From the NCBI GenBank assembly GCA_041675285.1, contig JBAYTZ010000009.1, positions 10,601 through 74,600 of the forward strand: 64,000 nucleotides of DNA, in the 5' to 3' direction. This DNA is from Candidatus Delongbacteria bacterium. GTDB taxonomy: Bacteria > CAIWAD01. Each line of letters starts with the position of its first letter. The stretch's first letter is position 1. Shown in pieces: positions 27,621-37,019 of the stretch. The position numbers were made by a program, and so were the translations under genes. The notes under the pieces are model-generated. The model was given only the letters and a program-made list of their open reading frames with translations. It did not search any database and had not been told where the DNA came from.

Positions 27621-28625
27621 ATGGAGTCGGCAGCCATGCAGATGGATGCGCTGGAAGTGACGCGCCGCGTGGAAGCGGCCTCGGCCTTTCTGGACGGCCT
27701 GGAGCGCGAGGTGCGCAAGGTCCTGGTGGGGCAGCGGGACATGCTGGAGAAACTGCTCATCGGGCTGCTGGCCGACGGCCACATCCTGCTGGAGGGCGTG
27801 CCCGGCCTGGCCAAGACCACGGCCGTCTCCGTGCTGGCCCGGGCCATCGACACGGAATTCAAGCGCATCCAGTTCACGCCGGACCTGCTGCCCGCCGACC
27901 TGCTGGGCACCCAGGTCTACCACCAGGCCACGGGGCAGTTCAGCACGCGCAAGGGTCCGCTGTTCTCGCACCTGATCCTGGCCGACGAGATCAACCGCAG
28001 CCCGGCCAAGGTCCAGAGCGCCCTGCTGGAGGCCATGCAGGAGCGTCAGGTGACCATCGGCGGCGAGACCCACCCGCTGCCCGCGCCCTTCCTGGTGCTG
28101 GCCACGCAGAATCCGCTGGAGCAGGAGGGCACCTACCAGCTGGCCGAGGCCCAGGCCGACCGCTTCATGCTCAAGGTCAAGGTGGACTACCCCGACCGGG
28201 AGGAAGAGCGCGAGATCCTGCGCCGGGTGAGCGGCGTGGATCCCGAGCGCGTGAATCCCGTCTGCCGGGTGGAGGACATTTTGGCCGCCCGGGCCGTGAC
28301 GCGCGACATCCTGCTGGAGAAGCCGGTGGAGGACTACATCCTCAACCTGGTCTTCGCCACGCGCTACCCCGAGGCCCACGGCTTGCGCGACCTGAAGCCC
28401 CTGATCCAGGTGGGGGCCAGCCCGCGGGCCAGCATCTTTCTGGCCCGGGCGGCGCGGGCCCAGGCCTTCCTGCGTCGGCGCGGCTTCGTCACGCCGGACG
28501 ACGTGAAGCGTGTGGCCCGCGACGTGCTGCGCCACCGGCTGGGCCTTTCCTACGAGGCCGAGGCCGAGGGCATCAGCGCCGACGAACTGATCGGCCGGCT
28601 GCTGGACCGGATCGAAGTGGCCTGA
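27621..28625 (+). CDS. moxR: MoxR-family AAA+ ATPase
   Basis: Walker A GVPGLAKT. Walker B LILADEINRSPAKVQSALLEAMQE. Typical ~330-aa length. Confidence 0.93.
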   Translation: MESAAMQMDALEVTRRVEAASAFLDGLEREVRKVLVGQRDMLEKLLIGLLADGHILLEGVPGLAKTTAVSVLARAIDTEFKRIQFTPDLLPADLLGTQVYHQATGQFSTRKGPLFSHLILADEINRSPAKVQSALLEAMQERQVTIGGETHPLPAPFLVLATQNPLEQEGTYQLAEAQADRFMLKVKVDYPDREEEREILRRVSGVDPERVNPVCRVEDILAARAVTRDILLEKPVEDYILNLVFATRYPEAHGLRDLKPLIQVGASPRASIFLARAARAQAFLRRRGFVTPDDVKRVARDVLRHRLGLSYEAEAEGISADELIGRLLDRIEVA

Positions 28626-28629
28626 TCCC

Positions 28630-29505
28630 ATGCTGACGAGCGAACTGCTGGAGCGCATCCGGCGCCTGGAGATCCGCACCCGCCGCCGCGTGCAGACGCT
28701 GCTGGCCGGCGAGTATCACAGCGCCTTCAAGGGCCAGGGCATGGACTTTGCCGAGGTGCGCGAGTACGTGCCCGGCGACGAGGTGCGCTCGCTGGACTGG
28801 AACGTCAGCGCCCGGATGGGCGCGCCCTTCGTCAAAGTTTTCCAGGAGGAGCGCGAGCTGAACGTCCTGCTGGCCGTGGACGTCTCCGCCTCCGGGCGCT
28901 TCGGCTCCGCCGGCAAGAGCAAGCGCGACTGGATGGCCGAGCTGGGCGCCGTGCTGGCCTTTTCCGCCATCCGCAACCGGGACAAGGTGGGCCTGCTGCT
29001 GTTCAGCGACCGCGTGGAGCGCCACGTGCCCCCCGCCAAGGGTTCGCGGCACGGGCTGCGCCTGATCCGCGACCTGCTGGCCCACGAGCCGGAGGGCCGC
29101 GGAACGGACCTGGGCCTGGCCCTGCAGCACCTGCAGCGCACCCAGAAGAAGCGGGCGATCATTTTTTTGATCAGTGACTTCCAGGCTCCGCTCGACGCGC
29201 GCGGGCTGCGCGCCCTGGGCCGCCGGCACGATCTGGTGGCCCTCTGCGTCCAGGACCGCCTGGAAGGGGAGCTGCCGCCCCTGGGCCTGCTGCGCTTGGA
29301 GGACCTGGAGACGGGTCGCCGGCGCTGGCTGGACGCCGGAGATCCCGCCGTGCGCGCCCACTGGCGGGCCCGCTGGCAGGAGCGGCGCCAAACCCTGGAC
29401 CAGACACTGCGCGCGGCCGCCGTGGATCAGGTCCGGCTGAGCGCGGGCGAGGATCCGGGCCGACCGCTGGAGCAGTTCTTTCTGCGCCGGAGTCAACGCA
29501 CATGA
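28630..29505 (+). CDS. DUF58 protein (MoxR partner, VWA-like)
   Basis: FAEVREYVPGDEVRSLDWNVSAR signature. Sits immediately after moxR. Confidence 0.88.
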   Translation: MLTSELLERIRRLEIRTRRRVQTLLAGEYHSAFKGQGMDFAEVREYVPGDEVRSLDWNVSARMGAPFVKVFQEERELNVLLAVDVSASGRFGSAGKSKRDWMAELGAVLAFSAIRNRDKVGLLLFSDRVERHVPPAKGSRHGLRLIRDLLAHEPEGRGTDLGLALQHLQRTQKKRAIIFLISDFQAPLDARGLRALGRRHDLVALCVQDRLEGELPPLGLLRLEDLETGRRRWLDAGDPAVRAHWRARWQERRQTLDQTLRAAAVDQVRLSAGEDPGRPLEQFFLRRSQRT

Positions 29506-30503
29506 GGCACTTCCTGTGGTGGGCCGGCCTGCTGCTCGGGCTGGCCGTTGTGGGGGCCCGGGCCTGGGAGTGGCAGTCCGCCACAGTGGACCGGGACAGC
29601 CTGACCCTGGGCGATCCGCTGACCCTGAGCCTGAGCGTCACCGCGGCTCCGGCTGAAGCCGTGGACTGGCCCCTGCCCCGTCCTGAGCAACTGGGCGGCT
29701 GGCGCCTGCTGGGCGCCGACTCCCTGGCGGAGCAGACCGAGGGTGGTACGCGCACCCTGACCCGCCGGCTGCGTCTGGCCCGCTTCCGGCTGGGCCCGGC
29801 GCCCCTCCCCACCCCCGGACCGCTGCTGGACGGCCAACCCGCTATTGGGGACACCCTGCGCCTGGAGGTTCTCGCCACCCTGCCCGACAGCGCCCAGCCC
29901 GCCGACATCCTGGAGCCCGGCCGCCTGCGGCACGGCTGGCGCTGGTGGCTGCTGCGGGCGGGGGCCCTGCTGGTCCTGGGCGGGCTGGCAGTCTGGGCTT
30001 GGCGCCGCTGGCGGCGGACCGCCAGGCTCGAGCCTGGCGGACCCGCCCTGCCCCCCGACCCCTGGCAGGACTTCCTGGCGGAGCTGGCCCGGATCGAGGA
30101 GCGCGCCCTCTGGCGCGCCGGCCAGGTGGAGAGCCACTACGCCGACCTGAGCCTGGCCCTGCGCGGCCTGCTGGAGGATTGTCTGGGCCTGCCCTGCCGG
30201 GAGCGCTCCACGGACGAGCTGCGCGCCGTGCTGCGTGATTCGCCCTTGACCGACGGCGACCTGCAGGAGCTGTTGCGCCTGCTGGACGAGAACGACTGGG
30301 TGAAGTACGCGCGGCAGTGGCCGGCGGCGGAGACCTGCGCGCGCCAGAGCGGGCGCTATCTCGGCTGGGCCGAGGCGCGTCGCGAGCTGCTGCTGGAGCG
30401 CCACCGGCAGCGCCAGGAGGCCGCGGCCCGGGCCGAATCCGCGCCCGTCCAGCCGGCCAGGCCGCGCCCGCGGCTCCGGCTCGGGCGCAAGGGGCGTTCA
30501 TGA
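29502..30503 (+). CDS. Bat-operon membrane protein (DUF4381-like)
   Basis: N-terminal signal/anchor, central TM WWLLRAGALLVLGGLAVWAW followed by RRWRR. Occupies the position between DUF58 and BatA seen in Bacteroides-type operons. ATGA overlaps on both sides. Confidence 0.65.
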   Translation: MRHFLWWAGLLLGLAVVGARAWEWQSATVDRDSLTLGDPLTLSLSVTAAPAEAVDWPLPRPEQLGGWRLLGADSLAEQTEGGTRTLTRRLRLARFRLGPAPLPTPGPLLDGQPAIGDTLRLEVLATLPDSAQPADILEPGRLRHGWRWWLLRAGALLVLGGLAVWAWRRWRRTARLEPGGPALPPDPWQDFLAELARIEERALWRAGQVESHYADLSLALRGLLEDCLGLPCRERSTDELRAVLRDSPLTDGDLQELLRLLDENDWVKYARQWPAAETCARQSGRYLGWAEARRELLLERHRQRQEAAARAESAPVQPARPRPRLRLGRKGRS

Positions 30504-31480
30504 GCTTCGCCCAACCCCTCTGGCTGGCCGGCCTGCCTCTGCTGGCCGCGCTGTTCGCCTGGCGCTGGTGGCGCCCCTGGCGGGAGAGCGTGCTGCTGCA
30601 CAGTTTGGCGGAAGCTCCCGAGTGCGCGCCCGCCACCGCCCGCACGCGCCTGAAGGCCGGGCTCCCCGACCTGCTGCTGCTGGCGGCCTGCGCCCTGGCG
30701 CTGGTGGCCCTGGCCCGTCCGGTCAGCCACAGCGCGGAGCAGGAGTTCCAGACGGAAGGCCTGGACATGATGCTCTGCCTGGACCTCTCCGGCTCCATGC
30801 AGGCTCAGGATTTCCTGCCCAACCGCTTCGAGGCGGCCCGCCAGGTGGCGCTGGACTTCATCGCCGGGCGGCCGGACGACCGGCTGGGCCTGGTAGTCTT
30901 CGCGGGCGAGGCCTACACCCAGTGTCCGCTCACTCTGGATCACGGCATGCTCTCCAGCCTGATGAAGGACCTGGAGCTGGGGCAGCTGGAGGACGGCACG
31001 GCGGTGGGCCTGGCTCTGGCCACGGGGGTCAACCGCCTGCAGGAGAGCAAGGCCAAGAGCCGCGTGCTGGTGCTGCTGACGGACGGCGTCAACAACCGCG
31101 GGCTGGATCCGCGCACGGCCCTGGACCTGGCGATCACGCTGGGTGTGAAGGTCTACACCATCGGCGTGGGCCAGGAGGGCGTGGCGCCCATCCCCGTCCA
31201 GACGCCCTTCGGCACCGTGGTCCAGCAGATGGAAGTCGATCTGGATGAGGATCTGCTGCGCGAGATGGCCAAGCAGACCGGGGGCCGCTACTTTCGCGCC
31301 CGGGGCCTGAAGGAGCTCAAACAGGTCTATGAGGAAATCGATCGGCTGGAGAAGACGGAGATCACCGTGAAGGAATACCGGCTGACCAAGGAACACTGGT
31401 TCCCCTGGCTGGCCGCCGCGCTGGCCCTGCTGCTGCTGGAGCGGGCCGCCCGGCTCTGGGCGCGGAGGCTGGCCGCATGA
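30500..31480 (+). CDS. batA: VWA-domain membrane protein BatA
   Basis: N-terminal TM pair. MIDAS motif CLDLSGSM. C-terminal TM WFPWLAAALALLLL. Confidence 0.88.
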   Translation: MSFAQPLWLAGLPLLAALFAWRWWRPWRESVLLHSLAEAPECAPATARTRLKAGLPDLLLLAACALALVALARPVSHSAEQEFQTEGLDMMLCLDLSGSMQAQDFLPNRFEAARQVALDFIAGRPDDRLGLVVFAGEAYTQCPLTLDHGMLSSLMKDLELGQLEDGTAVGLALATGVNRLQESKAKSRVLVLLTDGVNNRGLDPRTALDLAITLGVKVYTIGVGQEGVAPIPVQTPFGTVVQQMEVDLDEDLLREMAKQTGGRYFRARGLKELKQVYEEIDRLEKTEITVKEYRLTKEHWFPWLAAALALLLLERAARLWARRLAA

Positions 31481-33225
31481 TGCGCTTCGCCCACCCCTGG
31501 CTGCTCTGGCTGCTGGCCAGCCTGCCGCTGTTGGCCGTGCTGGCCTGGCGCGAGGCCGGTCGGCCGGCCCGCCTGTTGGCCGCCCATGGCGGCGCGGACA
31601 CGTTGCGCCGCCTGCTGCCCGGCTGGTCCCGGGGTCGCAGCCGGGCCAAGGGCCTGCTGGGGCTGCTGGCACTGGCCCTCTGGATCCTGGCCGCCGCCGG
31701 CCCGCAGATCGGCACCCGGCGCGTGGACGTCCAGCGCAAGGGCGTGGACGTGGTGGTGGCCGTGGACGTGAGCCAGTCCATGGCGGCCCAGGATCTGGCC
31801 CCGGACCGGATGGCCCGTGCCCGGCATAGCATCCGTCAGCTGCTCGAACAGCTGCAGGGTGACCGCGTGGCCCTGCTGCCCTTCTCGGGCTCGGCCTTTC
31901 TGCAGCACCCGCTCACCAGCGACTACTCGCTCTCTGGCCTGTTCACCGACCTGCTCAAACCCGGCCTGATCCCCGTCGCCGGCACGGATCTGGGCGGCGC
32001 CATCCGCCGGGCCCTGCTCACCTATCAGGAGAGTTCGCCGGGCGAGCGCGTGCTGATCATCCTCTCCGACGGCGAGGACTTCGAGGACAATTGGCGCCCG
32101 GCTCTGGCCGAGGCGCGCGAGGCGGGCGTGGTCATCCACACGGTGGGGCTGGGAACACCCGAAGGCGCGCCGGTGCCCGATCCGGGCTGGCCCGGAGCCT
32201 ACAAGCTGGACCGCGCCGGGAGCATCGTCCTCTCGCGGCTGGACGAGAGCGTCCTGCAGGAACTGGCGACGGAGGGGGGCGGCACCTACCAGCGCTCCAC
32301 GCCCGGCGGTGACGAACTGGTGAAGATCCTCGAGCGGATCGGCGAGATGGAGGGCCGGGAACTGGGCAGCCGCCTCTATGCAGGCTGGCAGGAGCGCTTT
32401 CCCGTCTTCCTGGTGCCGGGCCTGCTGCTCAGCCTGCTGGCCTGGGCCTGGCCCGCCCGGAGGGCGGCGCGGGTCGGGCTGGGGCTCGCGCTGATGCTGG
32501 CCGTCGCCCCCGCCCGGGCCGACCACGTGACCCGCAACAATCAGGCGCTGAAGGCCTACGGCAAGGGCGAGTTCGGCGCAGCCGCCGAGGGCTTCGGCCA
32601 GTCGTTGGCCGCCCGCGAGACGGCCCAGTCGCGCTTCAACCTGGGGGATGCGCTCTACCGCAGCGGGGATCTGGAAGGCGCCGCGGCCCAGTACCGCCAG
32701 GTGGCGGGCCAGGCCGGCAGCGGCGCGGGGCGCGAGCTGGCCGCCCGGGCCTGGGCCAACCTGGGCCGCGTGCTGTTGGATCAGCAGCAGCTGGACGCCG
32801 CCTGCCAGGCGTTGGAGGAGTCGCTGGTGCTCAAGCCGGACCTCCCCCAAGCGCGGCACAACTTGGAGCTGGCCCTGCGCCGTCAGGAGCAGGAGCAACA
32901 ACAACAGAAGCAATCGGGCGATTCCAAGCAGGACCAGAAACAGGACCAGAAACAGGATCAGCAGCAGGACGGCAAGCCGGAGCCAAAACCGGGCGACTCG
33001 TCGCCTTCGCAGGATGGCAAGCCCCAGCCCGGCCAGGACGGGCAACCCCAACCCCAGGAAGGGCAGGAACAGGCCGGGGACAGCAGCGCCGCGCCGCCCC
33101 AGCGCATCGATCCGGCCCAGCTCCAGCAGCTGCTCAACTCGCTGGAGGCCCAGGAGCGCGAGGCCCAGGAACGCCAGCTGAAACGAATGCCCGGGCAGGG
33201 TCGCAAGGTGGAGAAGGACTGGTAG
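31477..33225 (+). CDS. batB: VWA + TPR membrane protein (BatB-BatC-like fusion) with Q/K/D/P-rich tail
   Basis: MIDAS motif AVDVSQSM. TPR region NQALKAYGKGEFGAAAEGF...RFNLGDALYRSGDLEGAAAQY. Low-complexity tail QEQEQQQQKQSGDSKQDQKQDQKQDQQQDGKPEPKPG. Confidence 0.85.
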   Translation: MMRFAHPWLLWLLASLPLLAVLAWREAGRPARLLAAHGGADTLRRLLPGWSRGRSRAKGLLGLLALALWILAAAGPQIGTRRVDVQRKGVDVVVAVDVSQSMAAQDLAPDRMARARHSIRQLLEQLQGDRVALLPFSGSAFLQHPLTSDYSLSGLFTDLLKPGLIPVAGTDLGGAIRRALLTYQESSPGERVLIILSDGEDFEDNWRPALAEAREAGVVIHTVGLGTPEGAPVPDPGWPGAYKLDRAGSIVLSRLDESVLQELATEGGGTYQRSTPGGDELVKILERIGEMEGRELGSRLYAGWQERFPVFLVPGLLLSLLAWAWPARRAARVGLGLALMLAVAPARADHVTRNNQALKAYGKGEFGAAAEGFGQSLAARETAQSRFNLGDALYRSGDLEGAAAQYRQVAGQAGSGAGRELAARAWANLGRVLLDQQQLDAACQALEESLVLKPDLPQARHNLELALRRQEQEQQQQKQSGDSKQDQKQDQKQDQQQDGKPEPKPGDSSPSQDGKPQPGQDGQPQPQEGQEQAGDSSAAPPQRIDPAQLQQLLNSLEAQEREAQERQLKRMPGQGRKVEKDW

Positions 33226-33226
33226 G

Positions 33227-35785
33227 ATGAGACACGCCGCGCTGCTGTTCTGGCTGATGGTCCTGGGCGCCGGCCCCGTGCGGGCGGCGGCCTTCCATGC
33301 CCGCTTGGGTCTGGAGGGCGACCTGGTGCAGATCACCTACGTCCTCGAGGAGGCCAAGGGGCAGGTGGGGGAACCCGACTTCCCCGAGTTCAAGGGCCTC
33401 AACCTGGTGTCCGGGCCGGCCGTGGGCACCAGTTACCGGATCGTCAACGGCGTCTCAAGCCAGGAGAAGACCTGGAGTTTCAGTTTCCTGCCGGAATCCG
33501 AGCAGGCCCGGAAGATCGGTCCGGCCCGCATCCGCGTGAACGGCGCGCTGCTGACCAGCGAATCGCTGACGGTGCCCGGCCGCTCGGAGAAGCAGGCTGC
33601 GGGTGAGCGTCCGCTGCGCCTGTCCTTCGAGGTGGAGCCCCGCCGGCCCGTGGTGGGCCAGGCCATGCGCCTGCGCCTGCGGCTGGACTTCAGCGTCAAC
33701 GTGCGCGGTTACGACCAGCCCGCGCTGGGCTCGGCCCCGGGCTTCGTGGTGGAGGCGCTGGAGCGTCCGGCCCAGCCGGAGGTGAGCCAACGCACCGTCG
33801 GCGGGCAGACCTGGAACACGGCGATCCTGGGTGAGTGGCTGCTCTTCCCCGTCCGCGAGGGCAGTCTGCATCTGCCGCCCGTCACCCTGCAGGTCCAGGT
33901 GGAAGAGGCCCAGTCGCGCAAGCGGCGCGATCCCTTCGACTTCTTCGGCTCCTCGCTCTTCAACCGACTCAAGACCCTGGCGGTCTCGACGGATCCGCTC
34001 AACTTCAGCGTCGCGCCGCTGCCCGCCGGAGCGCCGGTGGAGTTCAACGGCGCGGTGGGCAGCTTCACCCTGCGCGCCGCCCCGGACAAGACCACGCTCA
34101 AGGCCGGCGAAGCTCTGACCCTGACCGTTACCCTGGAGGGCGCGGGCAACGTGGCGGGGCTAGAGGCGCCGACGATCCGCCACTCGCCGGATCTCGAGCG
34201 CTACGACACGCAGACGGAATCCGACTTCCGGCCCGGCCCGCGCGGGCAGACCGGCCGCCGGGTCTTCAAGACGCTCTTCGTGCCCCGGGTGCCCGGCGAG
34301 CAGCGCATCGAGGCCCTGGCCTTCGCCTTTTTCGACCCGGCCACTGGCAGCTTCAAACGCTTGAGCGCCGGACCCTGGACTCTCCAGGTGAGCCCCGGCG
34401 ACGGCAGCGTCAACCTGCCCGGCGCCCAGGGCCCCGGCGGCCAGCAGGTCACCAGCTATGGCCAGGACATTCGCCAGTTGCTGCCTACGCCCCGGGAACT
34501 CCCCCTGCGCCAGGCGCCCGTCCATCACCGCTGGCCCTGGCTGCTGGGCCTGGCCCTGGCCCTGGCCTGGGTGCCCGGCGCCGCCCTCCTGGCCCGGCGA
34601 CGCGCACGGCTTGCGGAGCTGGCCCCGGCCCTGCGCGGCCGCAGCGCTCTGCGCCGGGCCCGCACCCGCCTGAAGGCGGCGGGCTCCCAGGCGGCCCTCC
34701 AGGAGGAAATTCTCCGCTCCTACCTGGCGGACCGGCTGGGCCGCGCGGCCACCGGCCTGCTGCTGGAGGATTGCCTGCGGGAACTTGCGCTGCGCGGCGC
34801 GGACGCGGCCCTCAAGCGCGAGCTGGAGGAGACCTGGCGCCGGTTGGAATTCCAGCGCTACGGCGGGGGCGCCGGCGACTCCGGCCCGGGCCTGCTGACG
34901 CTCCTGGAGCGGCTGGAAGCCTGGTTCCGCGCCGGCGAGCAGCCCACGCCGCGCCCGCCCCGGGCCGCCCGCGTTCTGCCGGGACTCCTGCTGCTCGTGA
35001 TCCTGAGCGCTTCAGCCGGGGCGGCCACGCCCGAGGAACGCTTCGAGGCGGCCCGCCAGGCCTACGAGGTCGGCGATTTCCCCGCCGCCGCCCAGGGCTG
35101 GCAGGCCTTGCTGGACGAGGGGTACGGCGGATTGGAGCTGGTCTACAACCTGGGCAACGCCTGGTATCGCTGCGGCGACAGCGGCCGGGCGGTGCTGAAC
35201 TGGGAGCGCGCCCTGGCCCTGCAGCCGCTGGACCGGGACGCCCGGGCCAACCTGGAGATCATCCGGCCCAGTCTGGCGGACCGCTTCGAGGCCCCGGTGC
35301 GCCTGCCGATCTGGGACACGCTGGACGGCTGGTTGGCCCTGCTGCCCACGGCCCTGCTGGCCTGGGGCGGACTGTTGTTCGCCCTGGCGGCCGCAGGGGT
35401 GGCCGGCGTGCGGTATGTTCAGCCGGAGCGGCGTTTGTCCCCGACCCTGCGCCTGTTGTTCAGCGTGCTGCTGGTGCCGGCCCTGCTGACCCTGTCGCTG
35501 CTGGCCCTGCAGGACCGGCGCCAGGTCCACTCGCCCCGGGGCGTGATCTTGCCGGCCAAGGTGGAGGTGCGCACGGCTCCCTCCGCCGGGTCCACGGCCC
35601 AGTTCGACCTGCACACGGGCACGGTGGTCCGGTTGGCGCGGGAGAGCGCCGCGGGTTGGCGCGAAATCGTGTTGCCCGACGGCCGCAGCGGCTGGGTCCC
35701 GGTGGGCAGTCTTGAAGCCGTTCACCTGAGTCTGCCAAGCCGGCCTGGGCCGCGGGCACGAGGAGTGGGAGAACTGGATCGATGA
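33227..35785 (+). CDS. batD: BatD (oxygen-tolerance) domain fused to TPR + TM + SH3 (BatE-like) module
   Basis: BatD-like N-terminal half (signal peptide, ...SYRIVNGVSSQEKTWSFSFLPE...). TM segments. TPR region FEAARQAYEVGDFPAAAQGW...YNLGNAWYRCGDSGRA. SH3-like C-terminus VRTAPSAGSTAQFDLHTGTVVRLARESAGWREIVLPDGRSGWV. Confidence 0.8.
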   Translation: MRHAALLFWLMVLGAGPVRAAAFHARLGLEGDLVQITYVLEEAKGQVGEPDFPEFKGLNLVSGPAVGTSYRIVNGVSSQEKTWSFSFLPESEQARKIGPARIRVNGALLTSESLTVPGRSEKQAAGERPLRLSFEVEPRRPVVGQAMRLRLRLDFSVNVRGYDQPALGSAPGFVVEALERPAQPEVSQRTVGGQTWNTAILGEWLLFPVREGSLHLPPVTLQVQVEEAQSRKRRDPFDFFGSSLFNRLKTLAVSTDPLNFSVAPLPAGAPVEFNGAVGSFTLRAAPDKTTLKAGEALTLTVTLEGAGNVAGLEAPTIRHSPDLERYDTQTESDFRPGPRGQTGRRVFKTLFVPRVPGEQRIEALAFAFFDPATGSFKRLSAGPWTLQVSPGDGSVNLPGAQGPGGQQVTSYGQDIRQLLPTPRELPLRQAPVHHRWPWLLGLALALAWVPGAALLARRRARLAELAPALRGRSALRRARTRLKAAGSQAALQEEILRSYLADRLGRAATGLLLEDCLRELALRGADAALKRELEETWRRLEFQRYGGGAGDSGPGLLTLLERLEAWFRAGEQPTPRPPRAARVLPGLLLLVILSASAGAATPEERFEAARQAYEVGDFPAAAQGWQALLDEGYGGLELVYNLGNAWYRCGDSGRAVLNWERALALQPLDRDARANLEIIRPSLADRFEAPVRLPIWDTLDGWLALLPTALLAWGGLLFALAAAGVAGVRYVQPERRLSPTLRLLFSVLLVPALLTLSLLALQDRRQVHSPRGVILPAKVEVRTAPSAGSTAQFDLHTGTVVRLARESAAGWREIVLPDGRSGWVPVGSLEAVHLSLPSRPGPRARGVGELDR

Positions 35786-36702
35786 AAGCGCACATCCTCT
35801 GGACCGGTTTGCTGGCGCTCTGTCTGGGCTGCCTGCGGTCCGCCGTCTCGCCGGACGCGGAGGCGGGTGATCCGGCCCGCCCGGCCGCGAACACACCGCG
35901 TTCCGCTTCGTCCCAGGCGTCGGGACTGCCCGTGGAAGCCGGCAGCGGCGATCAGGCGGAGGGACTGGACCTGCTCCGGCTGCCCGAGCGCGAGCTGCTC
36001 CTGAATGCCAGCTGGCGGCGCAGCCCCGCCCCCGCGCCGCCCCCGGCGGCCGCCGTGGCCGAGCGCGGCGCTGTCGACAAGGCGGCCGCCCGCCGCCCGG
36101 ACGAGCGGGCGGACTCACCGGCCAGGGCCGAGCGCCAGCCCTTCCTGCGCTCCCCCATGGAAACGCCCGAACCGGCGCGGCCGGCGGATCCCCCCGTGCA
36201 GGTCGCCCCGCGTCCCACGAGCCCGGCCCCGGCGACTCCACCGCCCGCGGCGGAGGACCGGCCCGCCCCGCCCCCGGCCCGGGAGACGCGGCGGGCCGCA
36301 GCCCCGGCCCCGGTGACCGCCCCGGTTCCCGACGAACCCGAGCGGCTGGCCCCCGCCAGCCGGGAAAGCGCGGAATTCGACGGTCCGGATCTGCTGGACG
36401 CCGAGGAAGCGGCGGCCCGGGAAGAGGAGGCCGGCCAGGCCCCGGCGGAGATTCCCATTCCCGCGGACGCGCGCTTCCAGATCCAGATCATGTCCACCAG
36501 CGACCCGGAGCAGGCGGAGGACATGCGCATGCAGGCCTTCCTGGTCTTTCCCGGCGAGCACGTGGAGGTGGTCTGGGACCCCCCCAACTACAAGGTGCGG
36601 GTGGGCGCGCTGGTCACCCAGGAGGCGGCGGTGGACTTGAAGCGCCGGGCGCTCCGCCTGGGCTTCCAGAATGCCTGGGTGGTGCCGCGCCGCCAGCCCT
36701 GA
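35782..36702 (+). CDS. SPOR-domain lipoprotein (peptidoglycan binding), P/A-rich linker
   Basis: Lipobox LALCLGCL. C-terminal SPOR-like FQIQIMSTSDPEQAEDMRMQAFL...YKVRVGALVTQEAAVDLKRRALRLGFQNAWVV. ATGA overlap with batD/E. Confidence 0.8.
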   Translation: MKAHILWTGLLALCLGCLRSAVSPDAEAGDPARPAANTPRSASSQASGLPVEAGSGDQAEGLDLLRLPERELLLNASWRRSPAPAPPPAAAVAERGAVDKAAARRPDERADSPARAERQPFLRSPMETPEPARPADPPVQVAPRPTSPAPATPPPAAEDRPAPPPARETRRAAAPAPVTAPVPDEPERLAPASRESAEFDGPDLLDAEEAAAREEEAGQAPAEIPIPADARFQIQIMSTSDPEQAEDMRMQAFLVFPGEHVEVVWDPPNYKVRVGALVTQEAAVDLKRRALRLGFQNAWVVPRRQP

Positions 36703-36747
36703 GAGCGCCCCGCGCCCGCGCGGCGAAGCCGTCGCGCTTGCTATATT

Positions 36748-36930
36748 GGGCCGCGCTCGGTGGAGGGATCGTGGATCCGGGGCCTGCCGGGAGGCGGGCA
36801 CGGCATCCCGGTCTGCCGCATGGGGCCGGTCGAGTGAAGGTGACGGGTACCGCGCGATGACAGATCGCCGAACCCCGTCAGGACCGGAAGGTAGCAGCGG
36901 CAGGTGATCCTGGCTTGTGCCGCGGCCATC
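36748..36930 (+). ncRNA. ffs: Signal recognition particle RNA (boundaries approximate)
   Basis: GTCAGGACCGGAAGGTAGCAGC at 36877-36898 matches the conserved helix-8 core of bacterial SRP RNA (E. coli GUCAGGUCCGGAAGGAAGCAGC) including the GGAA tetraloop. 5' GGCCGCG (36749-55) can pair with 3' CGCGGCC (36921-27). It has the classical position directly upstream of dnaX. A TGcTATATT extended -10-like box lies at 36739-36747. Confidence 0.75.
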
Positions 36931-37019
36931 CGTCATCTTCACTCGGCCGGTCCAATGGGGATGATGGACATCCTCTTCGCCTGCCCTTCCATTCCGCAGC
37001 CGAATTCCCTGGAGTCTGC

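Noticed and set aside
36739-36747. TGcTATATT as the ffs promoter
   Set aside because: It is not reported as a separate feature. There is no convincing -35, and the box sits only 1-2 nt from the proposed 5' closing helix of the RNA, so either the promoter call or the 5' boundary is off. This needs transcript-end data.
36915-37019. 35-codon N-terminal extension of dnaX
   Set aside because: It overlaps the 3' part of the SRP RNA. The conserved DnaX N-terminus (MSYLVLARKWRPQRF) begins at ATG 37020.
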